From the NCBI GenBank assembly GCA_938091905.1, contig CALKOM010000081.1, forward strand, positions 1 to 13,533: a stretch of DNA of 13,533 nucleotides, given 5' to 3'. This DNA is from an uncultured Verrucomicrobiales bacterium. GTDB lineage: Bacteria > Verrucomicrobiota > Verrucomicrobiia > Verrucomicrobiales > DEV007. The notes below the pieces were generated by a model. That model was not told the origin of the DNA. It did not search any database and saw only the letters and a program-made list of their open reading frames with translations. The position numbers were made by a program, and so were the translations under genes. Of the stretch, positions 7,555 through 13,533 are shown piece by piece (positions within the stretch are counted from its first letter, which is position 1; each line of letters opens with the position of its first letter).

Positions 7555-9273
7555 TTAAGGCCATATTCTTTTAAGCTCGTGGACGGTTAGCTTCTGTATG
7601 TGCGCCGAGCCGCCCTTGGCGTAGACCTTCAGTGACTTATTCTTCAGGTCGCGGACGGCCCCCATTGGCATGTAGACGAGGCCATCGTTGGCGTAGATTT
7701 CTACTGAAGGCCGGTCCACGAGCATGCGCAGGCGAATCTTACCGTCGATGGGTTTGAGCGTTGCGACCGTTTCTCCTGCGCTGAACTCGTTTCCTTCCTT
7801 ACCTTCGCCGCCGATAAGAAGATTCTCCTTAACCTTATAGGTTACAGGAAACCCATTGATTTCGAACCCCACCTCATCGGCATCGCCCAGATCGATTTCG
7901 GCATCGATGTCGAAGAGATTTCCCTTCACGTCTTTCAATGGGTTCTTGTCAGGCGCGAGACCCTCGTCCTCCCACTTGTACTCCTTGCCGTGAAGCTTGC
8001 TAATTTCCTCGACAGGATACGCAAACATTCGCAGGCCATCATCGGTTGATCGCAGAGTCAGCGACACCGGAAAAGTCATCATCTGATTAAAGGGCATGTC
8101 CGGCAACTCGACGTTACCCCAGGCGATCTGAATGCTCCGGCCGTCTTCCTTGGGAATATCGTTGAAGATTTGGGACGCATAGAAGCAATTGCCGTAGTTA
8201 AAACGGATGGGTTCCGTTTCCTTGGTGAATGCTCTACCGTCGAAATCGCCGATAAAGTAATCACCATGGGCGGAATAGTGGACCCATTTCGTGTTATTCT
8301 TATCGCCGTCCACCGTCAACTCGACTAATTCCGGACACTCGTCGCGGTCGGTTTCCATAACACTGTGCAATTCCCAGCGCTTGAGGTTCGGCGACGTGAA
8401 GAAGGCTACCCGGCCCTCTCGCAAGAACATCACGATGGCCCATTCTTGCGTTTCCTCGCGCCAGAAAACTTTGGGATCGCGATTGGCCTTCCTCAAGCGT
8501 CCCTGCACGGGATTGCCTGCATATTTGGTCCAGGTGCGGCCCCGGTCGTTGCTGTAGGCAAGGCCCTGCGTGAAGGGCTCGCCTTCGGACCAACGGCTGT
8601 TGTTGCCGGCCATCGTGTAGATGACCACCATGGGCGGTTCCTCGCCCGTCTGGAATCCTGTCGTGTTATTCCAATCCACCACGCCTGAACCGGAGAACAT
8701 GGTGCCAAACTTGTCTGCATGCAGCTTGTCGCCCTGCTCTTCCCAATGGACGAGGTCCTTGCTGATGGCGTGGCCCCACGTCATATTTCCCCAAGCCCAG
8801 CCGAAGGGGTTGTGTTGGTAGAACAAATGGTATTCGCCTTTGTAGTACATCAACCCATTGGGATCGTTGTTCCAGCCCCGCTTGGATGAGAAGTGGAATT
8901 GAGGGCGAAGTTCCTCTTTGTAGAGATCGGCTTCACCTGGGAAGGTGTTAGCGCTGTAAACGGACTCGAAGCTTTTGATCTGTTTTTCCGAGATTTCCCA
9001 GGCGACCAGCTCTCCCGGCTTTCCGATAAAATCCTGCACTTCAAGATAGACCCAGTAATCAGGTTCGGCAGGTGCCAGTTTGATCACGAACTCACGAACT
9101 TTCTCACCATGGATTTTGAGGCTTATGAGGCATTTGTCCGCGTCCTCCGAAACAGGAAAGTTCAGATACTTCCCCGTGATGTCAATTTCGCGATCGGCGG
9201 CAAATGAATGTGTCGTGCACATGCAGATGACGGCTGAAAGAAGAATCGTTGTAATCGTTCTAGATAGGCTCAT
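7555..9273 (-). CDS. Glycoside hydrolase family 32 (beta-fructosidase/levanase-like) with N-terminal DUF4980-like domain, secreted; paralog B
   Basis: 572 aa with a signal peptide. Catalytic motifs WNNDPNG (8854-8874), WGNMTWGHA, FSGSG, RDPKV, ECPEL and FYASQ. C-terminal beta-sandwich motif LVDRPSVEIYANDG. Confidence 0.93.
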   Translation of the reverse strand: MSLSRTITTILLSAVICMCTTHSFAADREIDITGKYLNFPVSEDADKCLISLKIHGEKVREFVIKLAPAEPDYWVYLEVQDFIGKPGELVAWEISEKQIKSFESVYSANTFPGEADLYKEELRPQFHFSSKRGWNNDPNGLMYYKGEYHLFYQHNPFGWAWGNMTWGHAISKDLVHWEEQGDKLHADKFGTMFSGSGVVDWNNTTGFQTGEEPPMVVIYTMAGNNSRWSEGEPFTQGLAYSNDRGRTWTKYAGNPVQGRLRKANRDPKVFWREETQEWAIVMFLREGRVAFFTSPNLKRWELHSVMETDRDECPELVELTVDGDKNNTKWVHYSAHGDYFIGDFDGRAFTKETEPIRFNYGNCFYASQIFNDIPKEDGRSIQIAWGNVELPDMPFNQMMTFPVSLTLRSTDDGLRMFAYPVEEISKLHGKEYKWEDEGLAPDKNPLKDVKGNLFDIDAEIDLGDADEVGFEINGFPVTYKVKENLLIGGEGKEGNEFSAGETVATLKPIDGKIRLRMLVDRPSVEIYANDGLVYMPMGAVRDLKNKSLKVYAKGGSAHIQKLTVHELKRIWP

Positions 9274-9303
9274 AGGTCTTTTAGTGATTGTGTTAGCTGA
9301 GAT

Positions 9304-9317
9304 GAAGCTCCAGCTTC
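9304..9317. repeat. Short palindrome GAAGCT-CC-AGCTTC directly after the hydrolase stop codon
   Basis: Perfect 6-bp inverted repeat with a 2-nt spacer. There is no U-tract, so it is not called a terminator. Confidence 0.45.
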
Positions 9318-9318
9318 G

Positions 9319-10902
9319 TCATTTCCAGATGGATTCAAGCTCCCGGATCTTGACGAGATCAACCCGAGTGTATGGGCTGGAAAGACAAGTTTTGAAACTT
9401 CGTGATTTGTTTCTCACTACCCTTCCGTGATTGCTGAAGAAATCTATATGGGATGCAGCGTTTTCATCGATCTTAATCTCTGCTGTCCATGCTTCTTTCT
9501 CTGCATCGAACTTCATGTCACTCCAGTCATCTTTTCCGATTCTTTGCCATAGAAATGCTGCACTTGCTTCGGGGCCCCGGTCGTAGATCCACCATATTCT
9601 GCCGCTCTCCGCTTTTGGACCGTCCTCGAAACGCACGGTTACTAGAAGTTTGTCGTCGGAAATCTCATGGCTTATTGAAGGTGGTTCCAACATGGGTTCT
9701 AAGTCTTCGAAGAAATGCCCGAGTATGAATGCCGGTAAATTATCATTCTCTTGAGCTGCATGATGTAGTTCCTGCCCGTGTCCGCCGTTTGGCTGATAAT
9801 ACGTGGGGATTCTTGGGAAGTTTTGCGCCGCCTGCAGAATGCTGTATGAATTGAAATCGTGGGTTGTAGGATCAAAAAGCATCTCCACGCCTCTTTCCCT
9901 TAGCTGATCCATGTTTCTTGTTACGAAGATATAGTCTGCCATTTCCAGTGCGAGTTTACGGATGTCATCCCAACTGTGCCCGGCTTCCAGGGCCTCGTAG
10001 TTGTAATTGGGCCCAAAGGTTCCACCAATGAATCCCGTGTAGAATTCTTTTTCGCGCTCGAGACGAATCTCGCCCTTGTCCACCTTTTCAAAGAAGCGTT
10101 TATTTTCCGCTTCCAAGGCGTCCCATGCCTTTCTATCGCATAAGCGTATTGGTGAATCAGAGATTGTTCCGACCTCTGAGTAAAGTGCTGTGATTCGTTC
10201 ATCACTGATGAGTGAGACCGTTGGCGAGGAGCCATGCTTGGATCCGCCAGATGCGGCAACCTTGCCCTTTTCGAAATGGTCGTTCTCAGCATAGGCCGCA
10301 GTAACTGCACGCATGATAGTTGCGGGCCATCCCCAGTATTGGACGGCATAATGAGGATTGAGTGTCTCAATAAAACGTCTGGATAATCCTTCACGAAAGT
10401 CCCGCGGTTCACCGCCGATGGTTGTCTGGACCAAGCCAACGCCGCCGGCAATAAGAGCAGCGTCTAAACTGCTGATGCGAGCATCGTTTTTCAATACCTC
10501 AGGTTCTTCATAGTCGGTAGTCAGATGGAATCCCTTCGCTTTGCGATCTACTGGCACAATCATACGAAGAGGCACACGGTATTCCTGCCCCTCCCAGGCT
10601 TCACCGACACGAATAGTGACACATTTCTGGCGTGTCGGCGGATTGCCTTCAACGACATGCCAGTCTTTAATGACCTCGACTGCGAGTGTGCTCACGTCGT
10701 GGATTTCATCCATATCGAAAAGTTTGGTCTCCGCAAAAGATGGTATGCACGATGCGCCCACAAAGAACACAACTATTGACCTCAGCGCAGCCAATGGGCC
10801 TAGGGCGCCCAGCGGAAGCCCAGTATTTAGCGAGTAAAACGCTAGCAACGAGTTCTTTCGCTGCGCAGTCATCAATAAAAAATACATAAAGCTGAATTTC
10901 AT
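9319..10902 (-). CDS. Putative secreted alpha/beta-hydrolase, distantly PqaA (PhoPQ-activated pathogenicity protein)-like
   Basis: 527 aa. Nucleophile-elbow GGSKHG (10231-10248) resembles the GxSKRG of PqaA-like proteins. Candidate Asp (DPTTHD) and His (PNGGHG) follow in the canonical order, then a C-terminal beta-rich domain. AGGAGA lies 6 nt upstream of the ATG at 10902, but the true start could be a downstream Met. Confidence 0.6.
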   Translation of the reverse strand: MKFSFMYFLLMTAQRKNSLLAFYSLNTGLPLGALGPLAALRSIVVFFVGASCIPSFAETKLFDMDEIHDVSTLAVEVIKDWHVVEGNPPTRQKCVTIRVGEAWEGQEYRVPLRMIVPVDRKAKGFHLTTDYEEPEVLKNDARISSLDAALIAGGVGLVQTTIGGEPRDFREGLSRRFIETLNPHYAVQYWGWPATIMRAVTAAYAENDHFEKGKVAASGGSKHGSSPTVSLISDERITALYSEVGTISDSPIRLCDRKAWDALEAENKRFFEKVDKGEIRLEREKEFYTGFIGGTFGPNYNYEALEAGHSWDDIRKLALEMADYIFVTRNMDQLRERGVEMLFDPTTHDFNSYSILQAAQNFPRIPTYYQPNGGHGQELHHAAQENDNLPAFILGHFFEDLEPMLEPPSISHEISDDKLLVTVRFEDGPKAESGRIWWIYDRGPEASAAFLWQRIGKDDWSDMKFDAEKEAWTAEIKIDENAASHIDFFSNHGRVVRNKSRSFKTCLSSPYTRVDLVKIRELESIWK

Positions 10903-10908
10903 GAAACT

Positions 10909-10914
10909 TCTCCT
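10909..10914 (-). promoter_or_regulatory. Shine-Dalgarno sequence for the hydrolase gene
   Basis: AGGAGA on the minus strand, 6 nt upstream of ATG 10902. Confidence 0.55.
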
Positions 10915-10920
10915 ATTTCG

Positions 10921-11005
10921 GAACCGCCTGGCCCTGCAACCCGCCTACGACGGCCTGCGTTTCCGAAACCGCGGGATAGTTGCAGGGAAGCGAAGGCTAG
11001 GTTTC
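10921..11005. repeat. Nested inverted repeat (stem-loop) in the spacer between GH32 paralog A and the hydrolase
   Basis: Perfect 9-bp inverted repeat CCCTGCAAC (10932-10940) / GTTGCAGGG (10979-10987). Inside it are CCCGC/GCGGG and GTTTC-C-GAAAC (10959-10969). Outside it are GCCT/AGGC and an imperfect GAACC/GGTTTC pair. Confidence 0.6.
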
Positions 11006-11012
11006 AGGTTCT

Positions 11013-12761
11013 TTATTTCCATATGGACTTAAGTTCGCGGAGCTTGATGGATCTGATTTCTGCTGCACCATCTCGTGCGAAAGCTGCTATCGTCTTGTTG
11101 TCATCATCAGCGCGTAATTTACATGGCATGTAGATCTGTCCGCCGTTCGCAAAAATCTCTACAGATGTGCGATCCACGATACACCGCAGGCGAATGCTGC
11201 CATCTTTTGCCTTGAGGGGTGCAGTTTGCTCACCGAAAACCAGTTGCTCTTCTTTGGGGTGATAGACGATTTCTTCACCACGGATACTCAACCCAAGTTC
11301 TCCCGCATCACCGACATCGAAAACCGCTTCGATGTCGAAGAGTTCACCTTCGACGCCAGGTGCGGGAACGCTATCATCTGCAGGGATAGCGACCTCTGTC
11401 CACTCATGCTCTTTAGCATACAGCTTTTCGATTTCTTCCACGGGATTCGCGAACATACGAAGACCTTCTTCGGTGGTATGTAGCGTCAGTACCACGGGGA
11501 AAGTCATCATCTGATCAAAAGGCATGCCCTTGACATGATTTAGACCCCATCCCATTTGGATGCGGCGGCCATCTTCCTTCGGGACATCACTGAAGGTCTG
11601 GGAGGCATAGAAGCAGTTCCCATAAGAGTATCGTGTTAGTTCGCCTTCTGGAGTGTAGCGACTTCCATCAAAATCACCGATGAAGTAGTCGCCGCTTCCA
11701 CCGTAAAAAATCCATTTCTTATTGTTCTCGTCGCCGTCCACGGCCAACTGAAATAGTTCCGCACACTCGTTCGCGGTACCGGTCTCCAGAATGCTTTGCA
11801 GGTCCCAGGTTTTTAGGTCTGCTGATCGGAAGAAAGCCATCTGACCTTCATCGAGCCACAATATAATGACCCATTCCTTTGTTTCTTCCCACCAAATGAC
11901 CTTTGGGTCGCGGTTGTGCCCTCTCACACGGCCCTGTACTGGATTGCCTTCGTACTTGGTAAAGGTGCGGCCCCGGTCATTGCTATAGGCAATCGCTTGA
12001 GTAAACGGCTGCCCCTCTGACCATGGGCCTGCGTCAACTTCGCCGGAATAGCTGTAGATGGTAATCAAAGGAGCTTCGTCACCCGTCTGGAAACCGGTGG
12101 TATTATTCCAGTCAACCACACCAGAACCCGAGAATATGGTTCCGTATTCATCCAGGTGGATCGCTTCACCCAATTCCTCCCAATGAACCAGGTCTCTGCT
12201 AACCGCGTGGCCCCACCCAATATTTCCTCCGAGCGCGCTATAGGGGTTGTGCTGATAGAACAAATGATACTCCCCTTTGTAATACATCATCCCGTTCGGA
12301 TCATTGTTCCAACCCCGCTTTGAAGAGAAGTGCAATTGGGGACGCAATTTTTCAGTATAGACCTCATCCTCGCCTGGAAACGTACTAGCAACACGAATGG
12401 CAAAAAAGCTGTCCAACTGGTCATCGGCAAGTCGCAAAGCTCTGAGCGTGGCCCTCTTCCCAGTGAATTCCTTCGTCTCCATGAAGAACCAATAAGCTGG
12501 CTCACCGTGAGCGAGTCGAATCTTAAACTCGCGCACTTTTTCGCCATCCACCTCAAGCTCAAGTACCTGAACTTCGCTATCTTCCTCATTAATTTCGCTA
12601 GCTACAGGAAAAATGATGTACTTCTTATCAAGTACGAGTTCCCGCGCGACACCCTCGAGGGGATTCTCCTCCTGTGCGAAGACCTGCAGTGTTGCCAAAA
12701 CAATGCCGGTCAAGATGAATGCTACGAATCTCAAACTCGATACCTTGTATTTCCTCTTCAT
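11013..12761 (-). CDS. Glycoside hydrolase family 32 (beta-fructosidase/levanase-like) with N-terminal DUF4980-like domain, secreted; paralog A
   Basis: 582 aa with a signal peptide ending VFA-Q. Motifs WNNDPNG (12291-12311), WGHA, FSGSG, RDPKV, ECAEL, FYASQ and IVDRTSVEIFANGG. Confidence 0.93.
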   Translation of the reverse strand: MKRKYKVSSLRFVAFILTGIVLATLQVFAQEENPLEGVARELVLDKKYIIFPVASEINEEDSEVQVLELEVDGEKVREFKIRLAHGEPAYWFFMETKEFTGKRATLRALRLADDQLDSFFAIRVASTFPGEDEVYTEKLRPQLHFSSKRGWNNDPNGMMYYKGEYHLFYQHNPYSALGGNIGWGHAVSRDLVHWEELGEAIHLDEYGTIFSGSGVVDWNNTTGFQTGDEAPLITIYSYSGEVDAGPWSEGQPFTQAIAYSNDRGRTFTKYEGNPVQGRVRGHNRDPKVIWWEETKEWVIILWLDEGQMAFFRSADLKTWDLQSILETGTANECAELFQLAVDGDENNKKWIFYGGSGDYFIGDFDGSRYTPEGELTRYSYGNCFYASQTFSDVPKEDGRRIQMGWGLNHVKGMPFDQMMTFPVVLTLHTTEEGLRMFANPVEEIEKLYAKEHEWTEVAIPADDSVPAPGVEGELFDIEAVFDVGDAGELGLSIRGEEIVYHPKEEQLVFGEQTAPLKAKDGSIRLRCIVDRTSVEIFANGGQIYMPCKLRADDDNKTIAAFARDGAAEIRSIKLRELKSIWK

Positions 12762-12768
12762 GCTATTC

Positions 12769-12778
12769 TTCCTCTCTC
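12769..12778 (-). promoter_or_regulatory. Shine-Dalgarno-like sequence for GH32 paralog A
   Basis: Purine-rich GAGAGAGGAA on the minus strand just upstream of ATG 12761. Confidence 0.45.
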
Positions 12779-12843
12779 AATCGCCAGTTGGCACACTATT
12801 CTGTTAGTGATGCTCAGGGTTTCCAGAGACGAATGACGATCCA

Positions 12844-13533
12844 TCAGTAGATGGATTTCATTGACCAACAGGTTACTTTACGAACCTTGACCTCAGCTCC
12901 GTTGGCATACAGGGCAATATGCTGATTTTCGGGCTCGTAATCATGCCAGGCAACGGCGGCCTGGCGGTCGTTGGCGAACACTTCAATCATCCCTTTGTCG
13001 ATGAATATGCGTAACGTGAGGTCTTCGCCTTCTTTCAGGCTAAAGGGTGGTTCAACATAATCCAGCGTGATCGTGTCGCGATCCGTGCCCGATGCGATCT
13101 TGAACCCGTTTTCACCCTTTTCGTTAGCGAGAATGCGTAGCCCAAATTCGCTGGCCTTGGGTGCATCGAAGACAACTTCCAGCTCAATCGTGTCGCCCTC
13201 CATATCCTCCAGCACCTGGGTGTCCCCGGACTTAATGGTGATGTCCTTTAGCTCTTTTTGATGGGTGCGAAGTTTGCTCAATTCTCTCAGCGGCCTGATC
13301 TCTAACATGCCGTCATCGTCAAGACTGAGTTCTCGGGGCAGCGATTGAATGCCGGACTGAAGTTCTTTCACCAATTGGTCAAAACTCTTCGACCGCTCAA
13401 CACGCTGGTCGACGAATACCCCGGGTGTCGACCAGGCCCACATTACCCGGCGCCCATCAGGGGTAAGCAGCGATTCCGGCGCAAATAGATCCCACGCGGC
13501 CCAGTTCAGGAGGGAGTGATGATCAGGCTGGAA
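12844..13533 (-). CDS. Glycoside hydrolase family 32, C-terminal part (5'-truncated by the window edge)
   Basis: The frame stays open from 13533 into the listed 199-aa ORF, reading FQPDHHSLLNWAAWDLFAPESLLTPDGRRVMWAW. This is followed by QSLPRELSL and the GH32 C-terminal motif LRIFIDKGMIEVFAN. The catalytic motifs lie outside the window. Confidence 0.85.
   Translation of the reverse strand, partial: FQPDHHSLLNWAAWDLFAPESLLTPDGRRVMWAWSTPGVFVDQRVERSKSFDQLVKELQSGIQSLPRELSLDDDGMLEIRPLRELSKLRTHQKELKDITIKSGDTQVLEDMEGDTIELEVVFDAPKASEFGLRILANEKGENGFKIASGTDRDTITLDYVEPPFSLKEGEDLTLRIFIDKGMIEVFANDRQAAVAWHDYEPENQHIALYANGAEVKVRKVTCWSMKSIY

Noticed and set aside
10921..11012. Cobalamin riboswitch or intrinsic terminator
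   Set aside because: CCCTGCAACT only loosely recalls a B12-riboswitch motif, the other conserved elements are missing, and there is no poly-U tract after the stem.
4107..12843. Integron cassette array (co-oriented genes, GTTAG/CTAAC words in spacers, CAAC...GTTG stem)
   Set aside because: No spacer has a properly paired RYYYAAC...GTTRRRY attC after a stop codon, the spacers are not similar to each other, no integrase is present, and the genes are far larger than typical cassettes.

Overview
Accessory, carbohydrate-related region from a probable PVC-superphylum bacterium. Verrucomicrobia is inferred from the protein families and a characteristic C-terminal domain. Six genes lie on the minus strand, and the five whose N-termini are visible have probable signal peptides. 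In transcription order (right to left): (1) 3' part of a GH32 glycosidase cut by the window edge; (2) GH32 beta-fructosidase/levanase-like paralog A; (3) a PqaA-like alpha/beta-hydrolase; (4) GH32 paralog B; (5) a large lamin-tail/CotH-kinase protein; (6) a >1350-aa protein missing from the ORF track because it runs off the left edge. Gene 6 fuses a PF14100 'PmoA'/DUF6807-like domain to a PVC-type beta-propeller dehydrogenase, helical repeats and a CxxCH cytochrome c domain. The main oddities are four: the hydrolase ends in a copy of the GH32 C-terminal tail, a ~120-aa unknown domain is inserted in the dehydrogenase propeller, the two GH32 paralogs differ at substrate-pocket residues, and a nested-hairpin element lies upstream of the hydrolase. 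No RNA genes, CRISPR arrays or transposases were seen. Family calls come from motif recognition by eye, not from database searches.
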